Source: Azolla caroliniana
Lineage: Eukaryota; Plantae; Polypodiophyta
Length of the DNA stretch: 64,000 nucleotides
Direction of reading: 5' to 3'
Assembly: GCA_043228905.1 (NCBI GenBank)
Contig: JBHGNT010000017.1
Coordinates: 9,982,001 to 10,046,000, forward strand
Made by a program: the position numbers and the translations under genes. This document shows positions 35,863 to 48,500 of this stretch, piece by piece; the first letter of the stretch is position 1, and every line of letters starts with the position of its first letter. The notes under the pieces are model-generated. The model was not told where the DNA came from. It was given only the letters and a program-made list of their open reading frames with translations, and ran no database searches.

Positions 35863-38800
35863 GCACTTAACCAGTTGCGGTTGTGGGTGTCATCCTTCGC
35901 TTCTTCGAAGCTTTCTGGCTCTCCCTCATCGGTCCGCAACACATGCTCTGCATCGGGAAATCTCTGGGGGGGCCTTCTCTCTTTTAGAGGATATCTCCGT
36001 CTTTGGGCTGTGGTAACCGGCTCCTCCATTTGCTCTTCATCCGAATCCGGTTCGGGGTCTTGGCCGGTTCCGGTTTCGGCTTCCTCTACTTCTTCTTCTG
36101 CCGGTTCGGTATCCTCACCGTAACTGGCTGGTTCCTCGAGTGCTAACCGGTCTCTTGCAGGTTGGGTCTGATCATCATAGAATCGATCCTTACCGGTCGA
36201 CTCAGAGTTCATTATCTTCTTCTCCGACTCCTAGTCGGCGAGCGTCTTGTCCTCCATGAAGATAATATCTCGACTCCGGAATACCTTCTTGTCGGCCACG
36301 TCCCACACTCGGTAGCCGAACTCATCGTCGCCATAACCGAGGAATATGCATGGCTGGGTCTTTGGATCCAACTTTTGTCTCCGGTCCTTAGCAACATGCA
36401 CATACGCAAGACACCCGAATACCTTCAGATGCCGATAGGACACTTCCATACCGGTCTAGACTCTCTGTGGCGTGTCTCCGTCCAAGGGTATTGAGGGTGA
36501 TCTGTTTATCACATATGTCGCCGTCGACAGTGCCTCAGCCCAAAACTTCTTGGGTAGTTTTGCATGCGCGAGCATACTCCGGACCCTCTCCATTATGGTC
36601 CGGTTCATCCTCTCGGCCAACCCGTTTAGTTCCGGCGTCTTCGGCATGGTAAATTCGAGCCGAATTCCTTTCGAGCAACAGTACTCCTCAAACTGCCCCT
36701 GGTATTGACCTTCGTTATCTACTCGAACCGCCTTCAGCTTCCGGCTGGTTTCTCTTTCCACTCTCGCGTGGAGCTCTTTGAAGACGGATAACACCTGATC
36801 CTTCATCTTCAACGATGTGGCCCACAGCTTCCGCCTGTGGTCATCTATGAACGTCACGAAGTACTGGGATCCGGCATGTGACTTCGTGTCCACTTGACAT
36901 ACATTAGTATACACCAACTATAGTGGTGCATTACGTCTCATCGGTGGCCTCGATCGGAAGGAGGTCCGGTTTTGTTTACCGGCTAGACAATCAGTGCACT
37001 TCTCCAAGTGCACGTTCTTCACTGGAATGAGGTTGTTGTCTGCAAGCCTCTTCATCCCCTTCTCGCTCATGTGACACAACCTCTTGTGCCACAGCTCACC
37101 GGCAGTGTCGGATGCCACGTTCACTTTGTCCGGGCATAACCGGGCATTCATCAGGTACAACGTGTTGACCTTCCGGGCCCGAGCCACAATCAGGCTCCCT
37201 TTGCTGAACTTCATCATACCATTGCGGATGCTACCCGTGTAGCCTTCATCATCTATCCGACCAGTTGATATCAGGTTCAGATGAACCTCCGGAACGTGTC
37301 AGACATCCTTCAGCAGCAGCTTGCATCCGGTTGGTGTTGTCAACCACACGTCTCCTATGCCGATAATTCGGCATATACCTTCATTCCCCATCCGGACACA
37401 ACCGTGATCACCGGTTGGGTAGGATGAGAAGCATTTCCGGTCCGGGGTAAGGTGGAACGACGCTCCGGAGTCGACCACCCAGGTCATCTTGTCGCCGGCA
37501 AGGTTTAGCTCACTCTCCTCGGTGATGAGCATCAACTCTTCTTTGCTTGCCGCGATTGCCGTCGTTCCCTTCCGGTTCGGCCCCCTCTGGTCTTTATCGT
37601 TCCGGTCCGGTGTCTGCTTCAAATCGGTACCGTCCGTTTCCTTGTCTTTTCGGAAGTGCCGACAATTCTTCTGGAAGTGTCCCGGCTTGCCGCAATAGAA
37701 GCAAGTAGTCCTCCCCCTGGACTTTGACCGTGTCCCCGACTTTTCCCGGTTCTGGGGGCTACGGTTCCTTTGTCTTCCGTGTTCCGATTCGGTAAGGAGC
37801 GCTTTGGAGTCGGAGCTCGTATCCTTATCTTTCTGACGCGCCTCCTTATCTAGCAAGCTCGACTTCACTCTTGCTAGGGATAACCGTTTTCCTTCCGGCC
37901 CGGCGTTGCACAAAGTGACAACCAACGTCTCCTAGCTATCTGGGAGGGAACCGAGCAGGAGTAGCGCTAGTACCTCATGGGCGAGAGGTACTTCCAATGA
38001 TGTTGCCTAGTGGATCAGCCCCTGGAAGGCATTCATGTGCTCCGCCATGCTGGAGCCATCTTGGTATCGGAGTCTTACTATCTTCCGAAATACCGAAACC
38101 TGATTAACAACATTTTTGTTTTGAAACATAATGCCGATCTTCTCCCAGAGCTCATGAGCCTTGCTCTCTTCATTGAAATTGTATTATAGACTCATGTCGA
38201 TGAAGGACCGTATGTACGCCGTTGTCTTCATGTGCATCACCTCCCATATCGTGGCGTTGATTTTGTCCGGTCTCTTGTCCCCAAACTGAACCGGCAGCCA
38301 AAGATCTTTAACCACGAGCGTATCCCTCATCTTCGACTTCCACACCGAATAGTTGGAGCCGGTGAGCTTGAACATGCCTCCCAACGATTCGTCCATTTTC
38401 TGTGTCGTTTCGCTCTGATACTACTTTGACAAGAACTACGCGCTCCCGATGAACACCGCTCGGCCACAACCAAGCTTAGAATCAAACACAGAAAAAACGG
38501 GAATGAATGCACGACACAATGGAGAGAAGAGTACACAGGATGTTTACGTGGAAAACCCAAACACGGGAAAAAACCACGACAGTCCACAAACTGCTAGCTA
38601 TCACTATGTAACAATATTCAATAGATGAACACAGAGGCAACGACCTCTTGTTCACTGTCTTCGCCACATGCGGCGGTTACAACAGAGATACGAACTCTTC
38701 GTCTCTTTCTCTTTCTCTCTCTCTCTTTGTACACTGTTGCGCTCTAATCTTGCGCCAACAAGAATGACAACACCTTACTAAAGTTTGCCCTAAGTCATAT

Positions 38801-39080
38801 TTATACTAATATGACTTTTCGGCTATTTACAAATATAGCCTCGATGGACTCTCAAAAACATATTTACGAATATGTCCCTTCATCCGGTGAGCACTCATCA
38901 CCGGGCCTGCATCATCCGGCGGTTGCCAGGCACACGTCATCCGGTTCTCACCGGGTCTTCTGTTGCCGGGCACTCCACATCCGGTTCTCACCGGGTCTTC
39001 CGTAGCCGGGTACTTGTCATCCGTTTGCTCATCGACACTGTTCTTCTCACTTCCCATCCGGAGGGACTTGTTTCCTAACA
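35863..39080 (-). mobile_element. Copia family B 5' half (LTR 38427-39080, PBS, gag, protease, integrase)
   Basis: PBS tagtatcagagc at 38412-38423; MDESLGGMFKLTGSNY; CFYCGKPGHFQKNC; WVVDSGASFH; LNGLAERMNRT. Confidence 0.9.
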
Positions 39081-42000
39081 CTTCCAAGGGTGATGAGGGT
39101 GATCTATTTATCACGTACATCATTGTCATTATCGCCTCAGCCCAAAACGTCTTGGGCAGCTTAGCATGTACCAACATGCTCCAGACTCTCTCCATGATGG
39201 TGGTTTCGAATGGAAAGAGGTTTGGTTCTGCTTGCCAGCTAATCAATCAATTGACTTCTCAAGATGCACGTCTTTCACCTCAGGAATGAGGTTATCATCA
39301 GCCAATTATCCCATCCCCTTCTAGCTCATGTGGCATAACCTCTTGTGCCACAACTCACCAGCATTCTCGGATGCCACATTCACTTTGGGCATATTCGGGC
39401 ATGCATCAGGTACAACATGTTCTGAGCTCGAGCCCCGATCAGCTTTCCTTTGCAGAACTTGATGACTCCGTTCCAGATGCTACCCATGTAGCCTTCATCA
39501 TCTAGCTGACTGGCTGATATCAAGTTCAACCGAACCTTCGGAATGTGTCGGACATCTCTTAGCACCAACTTGCACCCAATTCTCGTTGTCAACCACACGT
39601 CTCCCATGCCAGCAATTTGGCATGCACCTTCATTTCCCATTTGGATAGAACCGTGGTCTCCGACACTGTGCGATGAGAAGCACTTCCGGTCGGGGGTAAG
39701 ATGGAACGACGCTCCGGAGTCGACTGCTCATGTCAACTCGTCGCAGACAAGATGAAGCTCACTCTCCTTGGTGATCAGCAACAGTTCTTTCTCACTTGTC
39801 CTGATTGCCAATGTTCCTCTTCTTTCTGACATCTTCTTCGGTTACGGAATGTCGGTTCCCCTTTGGCTTTTCGGAAGTGTCGGTAATTCTTTTGGAAGTG
39901 CCCCGCTTTCCGCAATAAAAGCAAGTGGGCTTCCCCCTCAACTTCGACCTCGTCCCCGATTTGTCCCAGTTTTGCGGACTCCGATTCCGACCTCTTCCCC
40001 GGTTGTGTTCGTCTTTTGTAACCAAGGCCTTCGGATCGGTTTCAAACTCCCAGTCCTTCCGGCGGGCTTCTTCATCCAACAAGCTTGATTTTACCCTTGT
40101 TGGGGATAGATGTTTTCCTTCCGGCCCAACGTTGCCTAAAGTGACAACTAACGTCTCCCAACTATTTGGGAGGGAACCGAGCAGGAGCAATGCGGTACGT
40201 GGTCGGTTAGAGGTACTTCCAATGAGGTTGTTTGATTTATGAGCCCTTGGAAGCATTCATGTGCTCCATCATGCTGGATCCGTCTTGGTACCAGAATCTC
40301 ACTAACTTCTGGAATACCAAAACCCAATTTACGGTGTTCTTGCCCTCCAACATGGTACTTATTTTCTCCCAGAGCACATGTGCCTTACTTTCTTCATTAA
40401 AGTTGTTGTACAGTTTCATGTCGATGAACCACGGGATGTATGTCGTCACCTTAATATGCATCACCTCCCACGTCATGGCATCAATGTTGTCCGGTTTCTT
40501 GTCCCTGAACTGTACCGGCAACCAGAGATCTTTAACCATGAGTTGGTCCCTCATCTTCAACTTCCACATTGGGTAGTTGGAGACGGTGAGCTTGAACATG
40601 CTTCCAAATGATTTTTCCATTTTCTTCTTTCTTTGTTTGAAGTTTAGAACCTCTCTTTGATACTAGTTTGTGAGGATTGGTGCTCGACCATAGTCGAGCC
40701 TTAAACACCCAATGGAAAGAAGCGAGAAATAGATGTAAGATTAATGCACTTACTCAGTATGAGACGACACCCGTGTGTTTGTGTTGAAAACCCTAATATG
40801 GAGAAAAAAAATCGCGGGAGCCCATAGACTCCAACCATCACTATGAGAAGAAAGGTTACAACAAGAGACTTAGAGGCAACGACCTCGAGCTATATACCTT
40901 CGCCAACCAGTGGTTACAACAGAAAAACTTATGTATCTCTCACACTATAATACGACGATAACAACTATGACCTCTCACACTATACAATGATTACCGTAAG
41001 TCATATTTATACTTATATGACTTTCGGGATTGTAGAAGGAGCTAATGACACACAGAGACTTCCCGTCGTGGGAGCAATCGGCGAGCAGGGTATTATACTG
41101 CTTCGCGTCGTGTGTGGGCGAACAGCTATTGAGCTATGTTCGGGATGCAAAGACGCCGAAGGGTGCGTGGGAAAATCTAAAGAAGATTTTCGCTGCGAGC
41201 AGCACAGCCAGGAAGCTTCAGCTTCGACAAGAGTTGAGCAACCTACGACAACGCGACTTGTTGGTGGCGGACTATACCTCAAAGATCAAGGATATCTGCG
41301 ACTCCCTCGCCTCCATAGAGGTGAACACCGAGGAGAGCAAAATGGTCCAGATCTGTCTCGGAGGTTTGGCGTTGAAGTTCAGAGCGTTCCGAATGGCTGT
41401 GTGTACCCAGGAGAATATGCCGTGCTTTTTCGACTTACAGTCAATGCTCCTGGTAGAGGAGAACCACGCGGGTGCGTCTACAAGCACGCACGCCGACAAT
41501 AGAATGTTGTACACGGAGGGAGATAGGCCCCGTGGACGTGGAGGACGAGGCGAGTCGGCGCGCAATGGAGGCGGCCGACGAGATCAAAGAACAAGGCACC
41601 GAAGTGATGCCGACAGCAACTCTGGACCCTCCGGAAACAGGGGGAGTCGAAGCGATGAGAACCGGCAAGGGAAGGCCACCGCGGAGTGCTGGTACTGTGG
41701 CAAGAAAGGCCACATGGAAAGTGAGTGCTGGAAGAAGCGCGCCGATTCGGAGAGAACCGGTTCCGGAAACGGCTCCGGACATACCGACAAGGGAAATCGG
41801 CAGCGATCGCACTACGCCGAAGACTCCGGGAGAGCCGGAGAAGGGTCCGCCTTCGTGACGAGACACGAAGCAAACTCAATAAAATAGACCACCCCGAGAT
41901 CGGACGAGGTGTGGTACGTAGACTCCGGTGCGTCAAACCACATGACGAGCCATAGTGGAGTGGTTCTCGTACCTTGAAAAACCGGTACAACCTGGAGTAG

Positions 42001-45000
42001 TCGCAACTGGAGACGACACATCGCATCCGATCGCGAATGTCGGAGAAGTTCCCCTTAGCCATGTCGGGCAGAAAGGGAAACTCATGAACGTGCTGCACGT
42101 TCAGACAATCACAAAAAACTTGGTCTCGATCGGACAGATCGTCGACCAAGGGATGGAGGTTCGGTTACACACCTCGGGTGCTTCATTGAAGAAGAAGGCC
42201 GTGTGATTGCGCAAGAGCGCAGAGATGGGAGGATGTTCATCCTCGACTCCACTGACGGTGGCACCGCAATGTTCGCGAAGGGACAAAAATCCAAGTTGGA
42301 CATTGATTTGTGGCACAAGCAAATAGGCCACGTCAACCACCAGCGGCTTCAAGATCTGCAATCGAAACAGGTAGTGTTCGGATTGCTCAAATTTAGTGGT
42401 CGAAAGGCACAAATTTGTGAAGCTTGCCAGCTCGGGAAGCAACACTGACTTCCCTTCCCCAACGAGCGAAACCGGAGCCGGAACAAGCTCGATCTTATAC
42501 ACTCCGATGTATGGGGGCCGACACAAAACGTTAGTCTTGGCGGGAGCCGATATTTCGTCTCCTTCATCGACGACCACACGCGGCACACATGGATCTACCT
42601 CATTGAGAGGAAGAGCGAAGTCTTCGACTGTTTCCGAGACCTCAAAGGGTTCGTGGAAATAGAAACGGGATGAAAGATCAAGTGCCTGCGGTCGGATGGC
42701 AGGAAAGAGTACTTTTCCGGTCAATTCAACGGTTACCTACAACAAATGGGAATTCGCCGCGAATTCAGTTGTAGATACATGCCAGAGTAGAACGGCGTGG
42801 CCGAGAGGAAGAATCGGTCAGTTGTGGAAGCGGCACGGGCAATGCTGGAGGAGAAGAGCTTGCCCAAGTTCTACTGGGCCGAGGTGGTAAGGACCGCGGT
42901 ATACATCCAGAACCGGATCGGAGACAAAGTGTCGGCGCACGAGCTATATTTCGGAACGAAGCCGAACTTGCGACACTTGAGGGTGTTCGGTAGCATTGCG
43001 TATGTGCATGTACCGAAGGAGAAAAGGAGGAAGCTGGACGCAAAGGCCGAGAAAGGCATCTTGGTCGGTTACTCGGACGAGCAGAAGGGTTATAAGTGCT
43101 ATAACCCTTGCACCAAACAAGCGCGTGTCAGCCGCGACGTTGTGTTTGACGAGTCCGCGTCCTGGTACCTGGCCTCGACTCCGAACCCTGCCCCCAATCC
43201 GTGTTCTGACGATGAGGTCAGCAAGGCCGAGATGCCTCCGGATGAGCCCGAAATCGAGACCCACGAAGAGAGTCCGATTTCACTCCGGTTAAGTGGACCG
43301 ATTGGACGACTGAGTCGGTACGACCAGTCCGATGAAGAGCCGGCGAGTAGTGGAGACTCGGCCGTGCATTCCCCGCGCAGGAAGCCGAGGAGACGGCTTA
43401 CACGCAAAGAGAAAGGGAAGAAGAGGGTGTCGGATTTCGGCCCGGATAGCAACGAGTCAGACCGACGCGAGTCCGACTCCGAGGGAACCGGTGAAAGTCT
43501 TTAAAAGTGAAGTCCGCGTCGACCGAGAAGGCCTCAACATCGGCTAATGTGAGATTACGCCGATCTACCCATCAGAAGAATCCTGTTTTGCAGTTCGGAT
43601 ACAACGAGTACATGGCGCATCATTATGCGTACATGACCCGTGTAGCGGAAGTGCGTGAGCCGGAGAGCTACGCAGAAGCGGCTAAAGACGCGAATTGGCG
43701 TGCCGCGATGGAGGAAGAGATGCACGCATTGGCAAAGAACGAGACCTGGGACCTGATTGACACACCAAGAGGGGTAAAACCGATCGGGTGTAGATGGGTG
43801 TACAAGGTCAAGTACAACACCGATGGCTCGGTCAACCGGTACAAGGCTCGGCCAGTTGCAAAGGGCTACGCGCAGAAACACGGCATCGACTACGATGAGA
43901 CATTTGCGCCGGTCGCGAAAATGACGACCGTTCGTGTTTTGCTCGCAGTAGCCACGACCAAGGGGTGGCACCTACATCAAATGGATGTAAAGAATGCGTT
44001 CCTGCAAGGTGACCCTGAGGAACAAGTGTACATGGTACAACCCCCCGGATTGTAGTTAGTCGGCTACACCGATGCTGATTGGGTTGGCAATTCCGCCGAT
44101 CACCGATCCACGTCTGGATACGCGTTCTCCCTCGGGAGTGCCGCGATCACGTGGAGCAGTAGGAAGCAGCCGACAGTTGCACTCTCGAGCACCGAAGCTG
44201 AGTACCGAGGAGCGGCTGCCGTGACATGCGAAGCCATATGGTTGAAGCGACTTCTTAAGGATCTGCAAGAGGAGGTGTAAGATCCGATGACGATCTACTG
44301 CGACAACCTCAGCAACATCCAGCTCGCGAAGAACCCCGTTTTCCACGCACGGACCAAGCACATTGAGGTGCACTACCAATTCGTACATGAGCGTGTCCTT
44401 TCCGGTGAAGTCGAACTTCAGTACGTTTCGACGGATCGGCAGACTGTCGACATCTTCACCAAGCCTCTTGGTCTGGACAAGTTGCGGAAATTCTGAGGTG
44501 CGCTCGGATTGCGTCACCTCGACGTGCCGAACTTGAGGGGGAGAACAGTCCCGAACGACCAAGCAAGGCAGCAGGAAAGGAGTGGAGACCGCGACACCGA
44601 GTCGGTTGTCGAGTTCGACTTCGGATCGACTGAAGAAGCCGAGGACGGACCCGCGGAGAAGTCCGGAAGCGGACAAAAGGGGAGCAGCCGAAGGAGAGAG
44701 CCGAAGCCAACCACGCATGGGGAAGATGACGCCACCAAGGGCGAGAAGACCGAAGACGAGTTGGAGACAGCCAACTCGAACGAGAGCGAAAACCGATCGG
44801 AGGTTAGCGAGTCGGTTCGGATGTTTGATTCAGATACGCTGAATCAACCAAGGCCCAAGTGGAAGAAAAGGTAGCAGGAGAAGCGTCAACACCGCAACAG
44901 CAGAAGAGCTGATAAGGGCCACATGAGCAGAAAAGCCGACCGGAAGGGTCGAAGCGCGCGGAGTCGAACAGGTCGAGGAGCGCGAGCGAGGCGTAAAGCC

Positions 45001-45589
45001 AGGAGGAACCGGAGATGTGAGCCCGAAGATCCCGAAGAGCCTCAAGTTGAGCTTGAGGGGGAGTGTTGAGAGACAAGCTCAACATCGGCCGGATCGGCTG
45101 AAGAAACCGAGGACCGGATTGGTTGGGACCAATCGGTTAGGCCGAGTGCGTAAACCGGGAGGTCGTTAGGAAAGATATTCCGTGAGGAATATATTTGGGA
45201 GTTAATGTAGGAGCTCTTAATGAGCATTGAAGTACTGTCAGTACTTTGGTCAGTCCTTCTAGGACTTGTATAAAAGTGTTCATTGAACACACATATGTAT
45301 AGAGTGTGGTGAATAGAGATTGGGTTGTTGTTGAATATAGTTCGTCTGTTTTCTATCTCTCTCTCTCTCACTCTCTCTATCTCTCCCGTGTATACTGTGT
45401 AAGCTCTAGCTCTCCATTAAACCTGAGTTTCCTTCCTCCTGTTCGGTCTTAATACTTGCTTCCGCACGCTACTTTCTAAAGGGATATTTACATATATGGC
45501 CATGATAGACACACTAGAAACATATTTACAAATATGTCCCTGGATCTGGTTCATACCGGATCCCATCCGGAGGGACCGAATTCCCAACA
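39081..45589 (-). mobile_element. Older Copia B-related element; its LTR (40669-41030 plus 45481-45589) is split by a Copia A copy
   Basis: MEKSFGSMFKLTVSNY; protease and integrase remnants; LTR text resumes at 45481 and ends ttcccaaca. Confidence 0.75.
41031..45480 (+). mobile_element. Copia family A copy lacking 5' LTR/PBS and central RT; 3' LTR 45065-45480
   Basis: TSD gggat at 41026-41030 and 45481-45485; gag, protease, integrase, partial RT and RNaseH ORFs; PPT before 45065. Confidence 0.88.
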
Positions 45590-48500
45590 CAAGGAAAGGC
45601 TACGACAGATTGTTGGTACTATGGCCGAAAGGGTCACAGGGGTGGAGCGAGTGCTAGAGAAAGAGGGCAGATTCAAGGAAGAATGAGTGAGCCGAGGCAA
45701 TGCAGATAAGAATTGCCGCAACTTGTCCAGACCAAGAGGCTTGGTGAAGATGTCGGCAGTCTGCCGATCCATTGAAACGTACTGAAGTTCGACTTCACCG
45801 GAAAGGACACGCTCAAGGACAAAATGGTAGTGCACCTCAATGTGCTTGGTCCGTGTGTGGAAAACGGGGTTTTTCCCGAGCTGGATGCTGTTGAGGTTGT
45901 CGCAGTAGATTGTCCTTGGATCGGACACCTCCACCTGCAGATCCTTAAGTAGCCGCTTCAACCATATGGCTTCGCATGTCGCGACAGCCGCTCTTCGGTA
46001 CTCAGCTTCGGTGCTCAACAGTGCAACTGTCGGCTGCTTCTTACTGCTCCATGCGATCGCGATACTCCCGAGGGAGAACGCGTATCTGAACGTGGATCGG
46101 CGATCGGCGGCATTGCCAGCCCAATCAACATCGGTGTAGCCGACTAACTGCGCGGTTGCACCGGTCCGATATAGCAGTCCCCGGTCCTTAGTGTCGTTGA
46201 CATACCGAAGTATGCGTTGCACACACTGGCGGTGCTCCTCGGTAGGTCGCGCCATGAACTGACTGATCACTCCGACCAGATAACTGAGGTCGGGTCGGGT
46301 GATTATCAAGTATATGAGGCTTCCGACAATTTGTTGGAACCTCGTCGGGTTGCATTCCTTTCCTGTATCGGGACGAAGCTTGACGGTTCTGTCCAGAGGA
46401 GTCGAGACGGACTTACAGTCGGCCATCCCGAATTTGAAGAGCATACTCAACACGTAATGATGTTGGCTGATCAATATGCCTTCGGGGATACGGATCACTT
46501 CGATCCCGAGGAAGTAATGAAGGTCCCCCAGATCCTTCATGTCGAACGATGCCGCAAGCTGGAGCTTCACGTGGTCGATTTCACCTAGGTCGGCGCCGGT
46601 GATGACCAAGTCATCAACATATAGGAAAATACTAACCGGTCCGAGTCGACCTTTCCGGATGAACAGGGAAGAGTCCGATTTTGTCGTGACGAAGCCCATC
46701 CGACGCAGTTGTTGCGTGATCTTCGCGTTCCAGGCACGCGGGGCTTGCTTCAGTCCGTAAAGGGACTTCTTCAGTCGGCATACTTCTGAGGAGTTCGTTC
46801 CAGAATGAAATCCGGGGGGCTGTACAATGTACACCTATTCCTCAAGGTCACCTTGTAGGAACGCATTCTTTACATCCATCTGATGTAAGTGCCACCCCTT
46901 CACCACAGCTACTGCGAGCAAAACACGGACGATCGTCATTTTCGCGACCGGCGCAAATGTCTGATCGTAGTCGATGCCGTGTTTCTGCGCGTAGCCCTTT
47001 GCCACTAGCCGAGCCTTGTACCGGTTGATCGAGCCATCGGTGTTGTACTTGACCTTGTACACCCACCTACACCCGATCGGTTTTACCCCTCTTGTTGCGT
47101 CAACCAGGTCCCAGGTCTCGTTCTCCGCCAATGCGTGCATCTCTTCCTCCATCGCGGCACGCCAATTCGCGTCTTTAGCCGCTTCTGCGTAGCTCTCCGG
47201 CTCACGGTCTTCCGCTACACGGGTCATGTACGCATAATGATGCGCCATGTACTCGTTGTATCCGAACCGCAAAACAGGATTCTTCTGGCGGGTAGATCGG
47301 CGTAATCTCACATTAGCCGATGTTGAGGCCTTCTCGGTCAATGCGGTCTTCACCTTTAAAGACCCGTCACCAGTTCCCTCGGAGTCGGACTCGCGTCGGT
47401 CTGACTCGTTCTTATCCGTGCCGGAATCTGACACCTTCTTCTTCCCTTTCTCTTTGCGCGTAAGCCGTCTCCTCGGCTTCCTGCGCGGGGAATGCACGAC
47501 CGAGTTTCCACTACTCGCCGGCTCTTCATCAGACTGATTGTACCGACTCAGTCATCCAATCGGTCCACTTAAGCGGAGTGAAATCGGACTCTCTTCGCGG
47601 GTCTTGATTTCGGGCTCATCCGGAGGCATCTCGGCCTCGTTGACCTCATCGTCAGAACACGGATTGGAGCCGGGGTTCGGAGTCGGGGGCTGGCACCAGG
47701 ACGCGGACTTGTCAACCACAACGTCACGGCTAACACGCGCTTGTTTGGTGCGAGGGTTATAGCACTTATAACCCTTCTGCTCGTCCGAGTAACCGACCAA
47801 GATGCATTTCTCGGCCTTTGCGTCCAGCTTCCTCCTTTTCTCCTTCGGTACATGCACATACGCAATGCTACCGAACACCCTCAAGTGTAGCAAGTTCGGC
47901 TTCGTTCCGAAATACAGCTCGTGTGCCGACACTTTGTCTCCGATCCGGTTCTGGATGTATACTGCGGTCCTTACTGCCTCGGCCCAGTAGAACTTGGGCA
48001 AGCTCTTCTCCTCCAACATTGCCCGTGCCGCTTCCACAACTGACTGATTCTTCCTCTCGGCCACGCCGTTCTGCTCTGGCGTGTATCTACAACTGAATTC
48101 ACGCTGAATTCCCATTTGTTGTAGATAACCGTTGAATTGACCGGAAAAGTACTCTTTCCCGCCATCCAACCGCAGGCACTTGATCTTTCGTCCCGTTTCC
48201 GTTTCCACGAACCCTTTGAAGTCCCGGAAACAGTCGAAGACTTTGCTCTTCCTCTCAATGAGGTAGATCCACGTGTGCCACGTGTGGTTGTCGATGAAGG
48301 AGACGAAATATCGGCTCCCGCCAAGACTAACGTTTTGTGCCGGCCCCCACACATCGGAGTGTATAAGGGCGAGCTTGTTCCGGCTCCGGTTTCGCTCGTT
48401 TGGGAAAGGAAGTCGGTGTTGCTTCCCGAGCTGGCAGGCTTCACAAATTTGTGCCTTTCGGCCACTAAATTTGGGCAATCCGAACACTACCTATTTCGTT

